Shown: positions 19,589 through 29,319, counted from the first letter of the stretch. The stretch is 64,000 bases of DNA from Candidatus Magasanikiibacteriota bacterium (GCA_903893485.1 CAITMK010000014.1:66144-130143), one strand, 5' to 3'. Notes: a model not told the origin generated them from the sequence alone. Numbers and translations are program-made.

Positions 19589-20275
19589 CTACGGCTGCCG
19601 CAGGAAGCCGTTCGCGCGCGCCTCGCCGTCGGCCCGCGCGCTCGCATACGCCTGATTCAGCGTGCGCAGCTCGCGGCACTGTGCCGGCGTCGGGTGCGGC
19701 TCGCCGTAGATCTGGCAGTCGCCGTCGCTCCGGGCAGCGCCGCGCTTGTCTTCGGACTTCGTGTGCGCTTTCGGGGCGGCGGGCTCGATCTTGATGACCT
19801 CGCCGTCGTCCTTCTTGTCGCCCGCGTCGTCGGACTTCACGTGTGCCTTGGCCTTGGCTTTCGCCTTGGCCGCCCACTCGCCCTTCCAGTTCTCCGTCGC
19901 GCCCTTGGTGGCGTCGTGGAGGCCCTTGGCGCCCAGGCAGTCCTGGTACGCAGCGCCGCACTTCGCGTTGGCCGCGTTGGCGAGTTCTTGCGCGCGCGCC
20001 TGGCAGATCTTGCCGCTCTCGCCGCAGTTGATGAACTCATGCGCCAAGATGTGCGCGACGAGATTCTTGCAGCTCGTCTGCACCTCCTCGCACGTCGAGG
20101 CCGTCGTCGGCGCCGGCACCGCAACCACCGCCGGCTTCGGCGGATCGTCGGTCGGCACTTTCACCGGGTCGACCTGCTTGGGGCAGTCCTTGCCGCAGGT
20201 CACCGTGGTGGTGCCGCACGCAGCAGCCGTCATCGCGACCAAAACCAGAACGCCAGAAACAAAAAGCTTCTTCAT
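19589..20275 (-). CDS. Hypothetical lipoprotein
   Basis: Lipobox AAAC; paired Cys; GGAGG SD; TTGACT-N17-TATTGT promoter. Confidence 0.8.
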   Translation of the reverse strand: MKKLFVSGVLVLVAMTAAACGTTTVTCGKDCPKQVDPVKVPTDDPPKPAVVAVPAPTTASTCEEVQTSCKNLVAHILAHEFINCGESGKICQARAQELANAANAKCGAAYQDCLGAKGLHDATKGATENWKGEWAAKAKAKAKAHVKSDDAGDKKDDGEVIKIEPAAPKAHTKSEDKRGAARSDGDCQIYGEPHPTPAQCRELRTLNQAYASARADGEARANGFLRQP

Positions 20276-20545
20276 TGCTTGTGCCTCCCCAATCGGTTAC
20301 TACCGTGGGATCAGTTGACCTTCCAACAATACGAACACCCCAGTGGTGACGCACGTTGTCCAGCCAAATTCAGAAAACAAACTATTCTACCAACTAATTG
20401 TACGGAACTGGAACTGTTGCCCCACGAGATAGGCTTGTGGCCGTCTCAATGTGACTTAATACAATATCACACTTTCCTGGAAAAGTCAAGGGGGTGGGGG
20501 CCATTTAGACCCTCACCCCCAAGAAATGCAAAAAATTATTAAAAA

Positions 20546-21148
20546 TTAGCCAAAAATGCCGTGTTTATGGTGCGCCAAACTATAAATAAAGCTAACCGCT
20601 CCACCAAGCAGGAATCCTGCCACTGCAATTGCCAAAAAATTAGGCTTCTGTGGATACTGCGACGCAACTGGCGAATCAATAAGCCGGTAATCTGCCGCAT
20701 TAACCGCAAAGTCATTGCCCGTTCCACCCAGCACACCCGCAACCGTGCTCGCAATCGCAACGGCCTGCGCCTTATTGGTATGATACGCGGTAATTCCTAA
20801 AATGCCGGTATTATAGGTAACACTCGCATCAATGGTCTGAGACCAAAGCTTGCGGCGCTGCAGTTCGTCTGTTGGAAAATACGAAACATCAATCCCCGAC
20901 CCTGGCACGGCAATTACACGAGAAAAAAATTGACTCGTACCAACAACTTCCGCCAAATTTTGTGCGATACGCTCAGCCGCCTTGCTGCTGGTGTAAGGAT
21001 CAACTCCCGGCGTTGCGCGCGGTGTAATAAGTAATCGAGCTTCAGCGCCATACTTAAGTGGAAAAACCACCAACGCCACGAGACATGCAACAACGGCAAC
21101 CGCCAATCCGCTGCCGACTGACGTGTACAAAGAACGAGCGTAATTCAT
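20546..21148 (-). CDS. Wzz/CapA (YveK)-like polysaccharide chain-length determinant
   Basis: Two TM helices flanking a loop; P.KYGAEARLLI N-terminal motif; Pro-rich segment before the C-terminal TM. Confidence 0.75.
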   Translation of the reverse strand: MNYARSLYTSVGSGLAVAVVACLVALVVFPLKYGAEARLLITPRATPGVDPYTSSKAAERIAQNLAEVVGTSQFFSRVIAVPGSGIDVSYFPTDELQRRKLWSQTIDASVTYNTGILGITAYHTNKAQAVAIASTVAGVLGGTGNDFAVNAADYRLIDSPVASQYPQKPNFLAIAVAGFLLGGAVSFIYSLAHHKHGIFG

Positions 21149-21149
21149 A

Positions 21150-22199
21150 TTATTGAAGATGAGAAATTTTTGTAGTGAGTGGAACCGCGAGATCAATTGA
21201 TTTTCCGCCGCGCAGTACCGTAACGTGAAGCGTTCCGTCTGCAACCGCTGCCTGCACCAAAGGAAACAATTCGGTATCACCTTCAATGGATGATCCGCCA
21301 ATTGAGGTAATTATATCATCATCTTTCAAATCTGACGCGCCACGAGTTGGACGAAGTGTTTGAACTAAAAATCCTTGGGTGCTTGTGGTTGACTCAAATA
21401 CAAATGGTGAACGAATTGAATTTGCAACTCGCACCGGCAAACTTGCGCGCGTAATGGTGCCCGCCGTAAACACTGATTGAAAAATTGGTTTAACGGCGCT
21501 CGTTGGAATAATTACCAATCGATTATTTTGTGTTGTTGCAAAACCAACTAGTGTGCCCCGCACGGTGATCACCGGAGCGCCATCAGCACTGTGCGGCACA
21601 ATTGATTCAACCACGGCGCCGGCAAACGAAAGTGTATCCGCATATTCGTACGGGCATTTATCCGCAACACAAAGTGAAGTGTCTTGCAGTGTCACGGGCA
21701 ACGCGGTATCAGGCAACACCACAATCAGGCGTGAACCGCGCGCCATGTCTGCTAAATTTTCTTCGTCTAAAATATGTAAATTTTGCGCGTGCGTTTTAAT
21801 GAATGCCAAATTGGTTGCACCGTCGACGATTGTTTTTTCGATGGGCAAACTACCAACGCCGCGTACTAATAATTTTTTTCCGCGCACCGCACGTGCGTCC
21901 GCAATAAACCAACCGTCTGAGGTAATTGCAGTTGCATATGTTGCATCAGCCGCGCCCACCACCGAAGCCACACTTTGCGTTGCTTCCATTACCCGTGTTT
22001 CATCGATGCCATCAGGAGCCTGCTCAATACGCGTTTCATATTTTGTAGTCGCGGTGCTGCCATAACTGGCATACAATAAACTCGCCACAAAACCACTGAG
22101 CGCGCCAATTAAAATCATGGCAACAAAATAACCCGTTGCTGGATGTAACGTTTGTACATTTGTATCTTCTGAAGGAATATGTGGTGCGGTAGGTGTCAT
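21150..22199 (-). CDS. HtrA/S1C protease-like protein with PDZ domain, catalytic triad degenerate
   Basis: TM anchor; ITSDGWFIAD, DGATNLAFIK, DGAPVITVRGTLVG; C-terminal LKDDDIITSIGG..VTVLRGGK. Confidence 0.7.
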   Translation of the reverse strand: MTPTAPHIPSEDTNVQTLHPATGYFVAMILIGALSGFVASLLYASYGSTATTKYETRIEQAPDGIDETRVMEATQSVASVVGAADATYATAITSDGWFIADARAVRGKKLLVRGVGSLPIEKTIVDGATNLAFIKTHAQNLHILDEENLADMARGSRLIVVLPDTALPVTLQDTSLCVADKCPYEYADTLSFAGAVVESIVPHSADGAPVITVRGTLVGFATTQNNRLVIIPTSAVKPIFQSVFTAGTITRASLPVRVANSIRSPFVFESTTSTQGFLVQTLRPTRGASDLKDDDIITSIGGSSIEGDTELFPLVQAAVADGTLHVTVLRGGKSIDLAVPLTTKISHLQ

Positions 22200-22750
22200 A
22201 GGAACCAACTAAATAATGAAACGCAAAATACAATTACGATTACAAAAATACTTGCGGTAATGATAAGACGTTTTGTGGAGTTGCCCGCGGTAATGCCATG
22301 CACAAGCGTTGCCAAAAAAGCGAACGCTGCCGCGGCCAATGCGCCACGACCAAAAAAACTTGCGGATCCAAACAAAAGAACTAAACACCAGATAGTCCAA
22401 AGCGCACCAAAAACAATTCGGGTGGTAAAATCTTTTTCAAAAAGAAAAATAAATCCGATACAAACAATAGTGGTGATAAGTGCGACTGACCAAACAGGCA
22501 TTAATTGAAGTGCGCTACAGCCATACGCAAGTGAAATCCATTCCCACGCCGCAAAAGAAAAAAGTGCGGTGCGAAGCGTTGGAAATTTTTCGGTGAGTTC
22601 GAGGCGACGCGTGACTTCGTAACCAATTGTTAGTACAAGCGCGGCAACCGCAAGCACCCACACCAATGATGACGCATCAAAAAGAAGCGCGAGCAATGCG
22701 GCGCCGATAATCGTTAAAATTTGTGCATTATATTGTACCCAGAATTTCAT
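22196..22750 (-). CDS. Hypothetical multi-TM membrane protein
   Basis: Hydrophobic ORF translationally coupled within the operon. Confidence 0.7.
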   Translation of the reverse strand: MKFWVQYNAQILTIIGAALLALLFDASSLVWVLAVAALVLTIGYEVTRRLELTEKFPTLRTALFSFAAWEWISLAYGCSALQLMPVWSVALITTIVCIGFIFLFEKDFTTRIVFGALWTIWCLVLLFGSASFFGRGALAAAAFAFLATLVHGITAGNSTKRLIITASIFVIVIVFCVSLFSWFL

Positions 22751-22751
22751 A

Positions 22752-23147
22752 TTAACGAGCGGTATTGAACAGTTGGTAATCTTGCACCGCGGTTGCAGCA
22801 CCAGAAACATCATCTTTATCGAGTGCAATAACCCATGCGAGATGACGATCTTTTAGCACGGCAGGCACATAAAGCGCAAGTGCACGCTTTTTTGCTTCAG
22901 CAGCTGAAATCTGTTTTGCCGCATATGCATTTTCTATGGCAAGCGAGTTTTGAATATAAGAATCGATAAGCGATTTTTGTTTTTCGTATTCCCCTGCAGT
23001 CGGTGAAATTTTTGCAATTTCAGCAGCGCGTGTACTTTGTGGCAAATGATTAAACCAAACTACCATAAGCGCGGCGATCGCGGTAACCGCCAAACCAACT
23101 CCACACAAAACAATTATTGGCGCGTGACTTTTGTGATGAAATTTCAT
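22752..23147 (-). CDS. Hypothetical single-TM protein
   Basis: ATGA overlap with the upstream gene; N-terminal TM helix. Confidence 0.7.
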   Translation of the reverse strand: MKFHHKSHAPIIVLCGVGLAVTAIAALMVVWFNHLPQSTRAAEIAKISPTAGEYEKQKSLIDSYIQNSLAIENAYAAKQISAAEAKKRALALYVPAVLKDRHLAWVIALDKDDVSGAATAVQDYQLFNTAR

Positions 23148-24190
23148 AGCGGTTTTTCTTCGATGATTTCGGTTGCTTTTTCGCCGATAAATGTTTCGCC
23201 AACCGCCATAATAATGCACGCGAGCGGCACACCAAGCAAAACACCGAGCGCACCAAACAAAGTGACACAAACCAAAATCGAAATCATGGACATGATGGAA
23301 TCAACACCCGTTGCACGCTCCATGATTTTTGGAACAATCAAATTATTTTCGAGTTGTTGGATAATGTAATACGCAAGTGCGGTAATAATTGCAGCCAATG
23401 GCGAAACCGTAAGCGCAAAAAATATACCGAACAAACCCGAAAGTGCTGGGCCCACATACGGAATAAATTCGAGCAAAAACGCGAGCGACGCAAGCGCAAA
23501 TGCATATGGCACACCAATCAGCAGCAGCGAAAAATACACCATGACGCCAATCACAAACGACAAAATAATTTGTCCACGTGCCCATCCTCCAAGGCGGCGC
23601 TGAATATTTTGAAACAAACGTGCGGTGGGTGTTGCAAAACGCGGTGGCATGCAAAGTGCGAGCAACTTTTTCATTTTAAAATCATCAACCACCATGTAAA
23701 ACGCAAACACCATGATGAGCACGATTACGCCAACCGCAACAAAAATACCTTGCACCGTTGAAAGCAAGCTGCTGACAGTTAAAAACAAACCGTTTTTTAA
23801 TTCCGCGGCAATCGATGCAATATTTGCCTGAAGCGCATCGCGCAGCATGATACTTTTATCTGGCGGCAACAACACAATCGCTTTGTCCCAAAGCGAAGAA
23901 AAATTTTGCACGATGCTGGTAATTTCACTAAGCAAAACCGGCACCAACAAATACCCAACTCCCGCGAGCAAAATAAGGCCGAAAAAATAGACGCCCAAAA
24001 TAGTAATGGTGCGTGGCAAATAAAATTTCTGCGCCCATTTTGCAATTGGATGCAAAACCGTTGCCAAAATGAATGAAACAAACAAGATAAGAAGCACATT
24101 ACGCGCTTCGTAAATAATGTAACATCCAAGCACCACAAGCACCGCGCGAAGCATGGTTTCGGTGGGGATCGAAAAGGGCTGATTTGCCAT
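23144..24190 (-). CDS. AI-2E (UPF0118/PerM) family transporter
   Basis: FIPYVGP and IQQLENNLIVPKIM motifs. Confidence 0.92.
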   Translation of the reverse strand: MANQPFSIPTETMLRAVLVVLGCYIIYEARNVLLILFVSFILATVLHPIAKWAQKFYLPRTITILGVYFFGLILLAGVGYLLVPVLLSEITSIVQNFSSLWDKAIVLLPPDKSIMLRDALQANIASIAAELKNGLFLTVSSLLSTVQGIFVAVGVIVLIMVFAFYMVVDDFKMKKLLALCMPPRFATPTARLFQNIQRRLGGWARGQIILSFVIGVMVYFSLLLIGVPYAFALASLAFLLEFIPYVGPALSGLFGIFFALTVSPLAAIITALAYYIIQQLENNLIVPKIMERATGVDSIMSMISILVCVTLFGALGVLLGVPLACIIMAVGETFIGEKATEIIEEKPL

Positions 24191-24238
24191 AACCGTTGAA
24201 AAAATATTTGGTTCAAGTATACTAGGTTTATCTAAAGT

Positions 24239-24691
24239 ATGCCAACTCTTGCAGAAAACAAATTTGCGCGCCGTGAATACGACGTTTTAGACGAGGTCGA
24301 AGCCGGTCTCGAATTGTTAGGCGTGGAAGTAAAACCAGTGCGCGCCGGCCAAATGAAGCTCAAAGGTTCGTTTGTAAAAATCGTTGGCGGCAACTTGGTT
24401 TTACTGAATGCGTTTATTCCCAAATATACGAAGGCCACCGGCGGCGTTGCTGAAAAATACGATCCGTACCGCACCCGCGCGCTGCTGGTTCACAAAAAAG
24501 AATTGAAAAAGATTTTTGACATGGTTGAGCAGCGCGGCGGCACCATCATTCCCCTTTCGGTGTATACGCGTGGCCGTTTGATTAAAATTAAAGTTGCCGT
24601 GGCACGTGGCCGCAAAATGCACGAGAAAAAAGAAATCTTAAAACAAAAAGATATTGCGCGCGATGCAGAGCGCGAAGCTAAACGTTATTAA
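24239..24691 (+). CDS. smpB: SsrA-binding protein SmpB
   Basis: AENKFARREY..EAGLELLGVEVK, DPYRTRALL, ARGRKMHEKKE. Confidence 0.96.
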   Translation: MPTLAENKFARREYDVLDEVEAGLELLGVEVKPVRAGQMKLKGSFVKIVGGNLVLLNAFIPKYTKATGGVAEKYDPYRTRALLVHKKELKKIFDMVEQRGGTIIPLSVYTRGRLIKIKVAVARGRKMHEKKEILKQKDIARDAEREAKRY

Positions 24692-24692
24692 T

Positions 24693-25130
24693 ATGACAAA
24701 AAAATGGGATGATACAATCGAGATTACCGGACTCGAGAGCAAACGAATCAAATACGCGTCCGATTACGAAGCACTTATTGACGTGATTAAAAATATTCCA
24801 CAAGTATCCGAAGAAGAAGCGGCCAAATGGAATGAACCCGCATACACCGGCCGTCAAATAGAAATTATGATTATTGAAGTTAAAGAAGGCCGCCGCTCCC
24901 CTAAAAACACGCCGCGCGCATATGGACTTCAAGAAGCGCTTCAAAAATTAGCGTTCATGTATCCAACAACTCAAAGTCATACTCCTAGCGAATTAATCGC
25001 GCGCGAAATTTCAGCCATGGAGCCGACTGTACAAATTCCAAGACCAGATGAACAACGCAAACCAATTCCAAGAAATCCAAGTTTAGCAGCAACCATTGAA
25101 ATTGATCCACGGAACCCTTCGGAAAATTAA
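24693..25130 (+). CDS. Hypothetical protein
   Basis: ORF starting immediately after smpB. Confidence 0.6.
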   Translation: MTKKWDDTIEITGLESKRIKYASDYEALIDVIKNIPQVSEEEAAKWNEPAYTGRQIEIMIIEVKEGRRSPKNTPRAYGLQEALQKLAFMYPTTQSHTPSELIAREISAMEPTVQIPRPDEQRKPIPRNPSLAATIEIDPRNPSEN

Positions 25131-25687
25131 ATTTCGATTATTGCATCTTGATACACGTACACAATTTTCGTATTTAAATATTTTTTTACCAATTCATTTT
25201 CTTTTGGATACGTGTGGCCGTGAAATAAATACCCGGGATTCATCTCTTCAATGTACGTGGCAAGGGCGCGATACCCGGTATGCGCAATATCGGTTTGGTC
25301 GTCATTCACGCCAAGCGGCGGGCAGTGTGCAAGTATTACATCAACGCGAGGAAAATTTTTAAGCAGCGCATCAGCTTCTTCTTGCGTGTACATTTTTGCA
25401 TATGCCGATTCTTTGTAGCGCACACAGCCTTCAAATCCGCCAAAGGTAATTCCCTTGTGAGTGAACGTATTAAGATGCATGTTGGTAATACCGAGACCAT
25501 CAAAATAATTTCCCGAGCAGTGATTTCCGTACACGCCGAGTTTTGGAATGTTTGTGATCATGTCGAGACCGCGCAAATCTTGAGATTCTAGGTCGCCAAG
25601 CGTGACAATAAGGTCAACCGGAGTTTCTGCGATAATGTCGCGAATAAGGCGGCGTGGTGGACGATCGGCGATGGCGAGGATGCGCAT
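25127..25687 (-). CDS. Metallophosphoesterase (calcineurin-like)
   Basis: IAD, LGD, GNH, AHCPP and HGH motifs. Confidence 0.9.
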   Translation of the reverse strand: MRILAIADRPPRRLIRDIIAETPVDLIVTLGDLESQDLRGLDMITNIPKLGVYGNHCSGNYFDGLGITNMHLNTFTHKGITFGGFEGCVRYKESAYAKMYTQEEADALLKNFPRVDVILAHCPPLGVNDDQTDIAHTGYRALATYIEEMNPGYLFHGHTYPKENELVKKYLNTKIVYVYQDAIIEI

Positions 25688-25688
25688 A

Positions 25689-25997
25689 TTATAGGGGGCT
25701 ACGTGCCGGAAATGGCGTGAGGTTTTTTAATTCGTTGGCTTTTGCGGAATTGATGACGCGTTTATCAGCGAGCGTTTCGATAACTTCATCGACCTTTTCA
25801 TCCTCTTTTCTGAGCGAACCGTTCAATTCACCCTTATATTCGCGGTCTTTCTTATCAATGTAATCGCGAAGCTCGCTATTAGATTTAGCAATCATAAGCT
25901 CTGCATCGGCTTTTGTGAGCATGTTTTGCGCAATAAATTGCAACAATTCCGTACTTTCCTGCGTGGTAAATGTTTGGCCTTCGCCCTCCTGCGGCAT
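25689..25997 (-). CDS. Small coiled-coil hypothetical protein
   Basis: Helical charged ORF coupled to the downstream gene. Confidence 0.7.
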   Translation of the reverse strand: MPQEGEGQTFTTQESTELLQFIAQNMLTKADAELMIAKSNSELRDYIDKKDREYKGELNGSLRKEDEKVDEVIETLADKRVINSAKANELKNLTPFPARSPL

Positions 25998-26075
25998 AGG
26001 ATAAAAATTTAAGAATTAATATCTGCGTTATATCAAAAAATATACGTGCTCGAAAGAGGGTGTCAAGGGTTCGAT

Positions 26076-26540
26076 TTAGGCGCCAAAAATCTTCTGCTCC
26101 CAATTCGCAATTTTCGTATCGTGCGAAGCTAGTATTTCAATCATTTTATTTTTTATTTCTTTGTATTCGCTCTGCACCTCATCAATTGTTTTGTTACCAA
26201 CCAAAACGGCAATGTTCGCCTCGATATAAAAATTATATTTGAGTCTGGTCGCAGAAAAATTAATGTCATCAAATACGAGTTCAGACATTAATGATCTTAA
26301 TTTAGCTGCGTCGATTTCTGCGGCCTTATACTGTGCATATGCTTTTTCCCATGCGCTGAAATTTAAATCTTTTTTTAGTGATGCACTCTGATATTCATTT
26401 CGAGCCGCCACCACTGTTTGTGTATCAAAGGCAAGATAATATTTCAGAGCATCTTCATCTTTTTTCTCGATAATTATTACTAACTTTTTTAGAATTAAAA
26501 AAAGAATTACCGTGATGACCAAAAGAAATAAATAAGGCAT
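26076..26540 (-). CDS. Hypothetical single-TM protein
   Basis: AT-rich ORF with an N-terminal TM helix. Confidence 0.65.
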   Translation of the reverse strand: MPYLFLLVITVILFLILKKLVIIIEKKDEDALKYYLAFDTQTVVAARNEYQSASLKKDLNFSAWEKAYAQYKAAEIDAAKLRSLMSELVFDDINFSATRLKYNFYIEANIAVLVGNKTIDEVQSEYKEIKNKMIEILASHDTKIANWEQKIFGA

Positions 26541-26543
26541 ATA

Positions 26544-27281
26544 TTATGTTAGTTGCTCTAAATTTGAAGTTGAAAATGATCCATTTGCCATGCCTGACAA
26601 TTGACGCAGCGCAGAGAGTAATGATTCTTGAAGCGGAGAAATAATTGCAGTGAATTTATTTTGTAGATCTTCACATTGTTGATCTGAATCTTCACCAAGG
26701 TTATAGCGCGCATTCTGTTCCTTACTAAACGTATCTGCTATCTCCTCACGAAGTGATTCTATGTGGGCCACCAATTTCTGCGCTGATTCCGCTTTTTGCT
26801 CAATGCCAAATGCATCACCGAGTGGCGTTTTCGCCTCCAGCGCTCTTTGGATGGCGCGAGCTTCGGTGGCGCCACCTGTAAATTGCTCATGCGCTGACTG
26901 CAACGCACTTGCAAGTGTTGCGAAATTTTCCGCAAGCGAATTAAAGCGAATGTTGCGTTGGTTATTCGCAAGCGCAAGATCTTCTGATTCCGATGCAAGT
27001 TGTTTCACGTAGCCGTAAAAATTTTCAAGCTCGCCTATTTCACGCTCAAGCATTGTCGGTTCTTGCGAACTCATCACGGATTGCGCTTCCAAAGAAGTGC
27101 CCGATTCTACGACAGGTTCTGACATATCAAGCGCATCGAGCCGTTCTTTTAATGCTTCGCTGCGTTCGAACCGCGCTTCAGTGCGAGATAATTCCGGTTG
27201 TACAGGAATACTTTCAACTGCAGCCTCAACAGTTTTTGGTACTCTCTTTTCAAACCGTGGGATAAATTTCGGATCCGACAT
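26544..27281 (-). CDS. Hypothetical coiled-coil protein
   Basis: Long acidic helical ORF; start chosen at MSDPKF. Confidence 0.7.
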   Translation of the reverse strand: MSDPKFIPRFEKRVPKTVEAAVESIPVQPELSRTEARFERSEALKERLDALDMSEPVVESGTSLEAQSVMSSQEPTMLEREIGELENFYGYVKQLASESEDLALANNQRNIRFNSLAENFATLASALQSAHEQFTGGATEARAIQRALEAKTPLGDAFGIEQKAESAQKLVAHIESLREEIADTFSKEQNARYNLGEDSDQQCEDLQNKFTAIISPLQESLLSALRQLSGMANGSFSTSNLEQLT

Positions 27282-27355
27282 AGATTGACAAACGGAGATT
27301 TTTCTGATATTCTGAGTATACGGTTTTTTCTTTGACAATTCAATAATTCTTCTTT

Positions 27356-27755
27356 GGGGATGACAGGCTTCGAGAAGAAAAAGAAGGCTCTAACGGGCGT
27401 GTCGGGAATGTACTGCTTCTCGCAAAACGCAGTACAAATCCAAGTGCAAACATCTTTGCACGTGCAAAAGCGACGATTGCTAACGCATTCGCTCCAACTT
27501 TTGTACCAGCATTCGCTTAATTGCCAATGCCATCGAACCAGACGTTCACGGTCCGGTATTCGGTGTTATTAAACAGTGAAGTAGAAACTCCGAGCGCTGC
27601 AAGTCGCGCGTAGTTCCGAAATCAATACTTGTCTTGTGCATTGGCTTGTTTGTCCAATTGATGGCCGCGCATAAGTAAAAATTAACTGGACTACACACGT
27701 AGGCCGCGAGTATCCTTTTTCTTTGACCCGGGTTCAATTCCCGGCATCTCCACCA
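27356..27755 (+). ncRNA. ssrA: tmRNA; tag ANIFARAKATIANAFAPTFVPAFA (27446-27520)
   Basis: 5' GGGGATG pairs with 3' CATCTCC-ACCA including the G3.U alanine identity pair; T arm CCGGGTTCAATTCCCGG; smpB nearby. Confidence 0.95.
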
Positions 27756-27781
27756 CTGAATTTTATTTTTTTGTTTGTTTC

Positions 27782-27881
27782 GGAGACGTGTCAGTTTGGC
27801 CAGCGCCAAACTGCACTTACTCTCGGCGCGCCATTTTTGCCTTCGGCAAAAAAACCGGCTGGCGCGCCTGCGAGATACTCC
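27782..27881. repeat. Branched palindromic (REP/MITE-like) element downstream of tmRNA
   Basis: CAGTTTGGC/GCCAAACTG, GGCGCGCCA/TGGCGCGCC and TTTTTGCC-TTC-GGCAAAAA, closed by GGAG/CTCC. Confidence 0.6.
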
Positions 27882-27903
27882 TCTACAAACAAAAAAATAA
27901 AAT

Positions 27904-28452
27904 TTGCCTATCCTTATCACCTACTTCGTCCACGGCACCACTTTGGACAATGAACAAGAAATTTCATCCGGCTGGTCAGACGCAGAGCTTTCCGCACTCG
28001 GCATTGAACAATCACACAAATTAAAAAATCTCACCGCCGATAAAACTTTCGACGCAATTTTTTGTTCGGACTTACAGCGCGCTATCGACACGGCACACAT
28101 CGCATTTGGCGATGGCCCCGCGCCCATCATCCACGACGCACGCCTGCGCGAATGCAACTACGGTACCTACAACGGCCAGCCCTCTGAAATCGTGGAACCG
28201 CTCCAAGAAAAAATGATCACCGAAAAATTCCCTGACGGTGAAAGTTACGAAGACGTCGGACATCGCATCTCGGATTTTTTACAATTCCTAAAACAAAACT
28301 ACGAAGGAAAACATATCGCGATCGTCGCGCACAAAGCGCCGCAGCTTGCGCTCGACGTATTACTCACCAGCAAAACCTGGGGCCAAGCATTCACAGAGGA
28401 TTGGCGAAAAATAAAAGCGTGGAAACCCGGTTGGGAATATCAACTTCTGTAA
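27904..28452 (+). CDS. Histidine phosphatase (phosphoglycerate mutase) family protein
   Basis: VHG (RHG variant), SDLQRAIDT, LRECNYG, GESY, IVAH. TTG start. Confidence 0.9.
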   Translation: MPILITYFVHGTTLDNEQEISSGWSDAELSALGIEQSHKLKNLTADKTFDAIFCSDLQRAIDTAHIAFGDGPAPIIHDARLRECNYGTYNGQPSEIVEPLQEKMITEKFPDGESYEDVGHRISDFLQFLKQNYEGKHIAIVAHKAPQLALDVLLTSKTWGQAFTEDWRKIKAWKPGWEYQLL

Positions 28453-28554
28453 AAAATTTGTGGATAAAAAAACACGCCCACCCGCCCCGCCATTACAGCA
28501 AGACAAGGTGAACGTCGTAACATGCGTTTCATTGCTGCATGTCAGAGCACATAG

Positions 28555-29175
28555 CTATAGTGAGGAGCGCCGCCAAAACTGCACCTGACCGCGCTCCTGT
28601 AAGAACCGCATGAATTCATCGCTGTGCGGCTCGTTCGACAACTCGTAACCCAGATCGCCAAAAATCGATGGTCCGCTGGGGCAAACGAGAGGCGCCGGTG
28701 CGTAACCTTTGACGAGGCTCGTGAACGTGTTGAATTCGATTGTTACCAGCCCGTCGCAAACAGCAAATTTCACATTACCGCTCAATCCGCCGGACTCATC
28801 CTTTTGAATTCTGCCCACTTCAAGTTCGGGCGGCCGCAGAGCTACAATCACGTGACGCATGTCACCTGCAGTCATACTAGCGATGACGACTTTCCCGCCG
28901 ACCGACGCGGACCGCAGCGCACGCTGCAGCACGTTGAAGCCGACCACCTCGTTCACGCGCGCCAGTTCAGCGCTTCCCCCGAGTTGCTGAACGGTCCGTA
29001 CGGCCTCTCGCGCAGATCGACGTTCGCGCAGTGTACGCCACAACTTACTTATACCAAGTGGATTTAGAAAATAGTTCTGGAAAAACATCGAGATCGGCGT
29101 CGTGAATTCGATAAACCAAAATCGCAACGCTAGCCGCTGCTCATCACCAAGGATCGTTTTAAGCCATCGCCACAT
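28555..29175 (-). CDS. Hypothetical protein (SD-led unit)
   Basis: AAGGAG SD; TTGACA-N17-TATGTT promoter; long 3' hairpin at 28466-28515. Confidence 0.7.
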   Translation of the reverse strand: MWRWLKTILGDEQRLALRFWFIEFTTPISMFFQNYFLNPLGISKLWRTLRERRSAREAVRTVQQLGGSAELARVNEVVGFNVLQRALRSASVGGKVVIASMTAGDMRHVIVALRPPELEVGRIQKDESGGLSGNVKFAVCDGLVTIEFNTFTSLVKGYAPAPLVCPSGPSIFGDLGYELSNEPHSDEFMRFLQERGQVQFWRRSSL

Positions 29176-29319
29176 GAGATTCTCCTTGCAAATTCAGAAA
29201 AAACATACCATCTTTTTACAAAGATGTCAACCTTGACAAAATCAATTTTCAATGCTTAAATACGAACGGCGTAATCAACGCTCACAACAAACAGACATTC
29301 GCTCTCACAGGAGATCCCA

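Larger units (their letters stand above)
10431..20489 (-). other. GC-rich island of co-oriented, self-contained SD-led expression units
   Basis: Coding regions are visibly GC-rich and separated by AT-rich promoter/terminator spacers. No integrase or transposase seen. Confidence 0.7.

Noticed and set aside
10431-20489. Classical integron cassette array
   Set aside because: No integron integrase in the window, no consistent RYYYAAC/GTTRRRY ends on the hairpins, and most units carry their own promoters.
10431-20489. Prophage or transposon
   Set aside because: No structural, terminase, integrase or transposase genes and no att or target-site duplication found by eye.
27354-27920. ORFs overlapping tmRNA, and likewise 59856-60234 over tRNA-Ser
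   Set aside because: Spurious frames across structural RNA genes.
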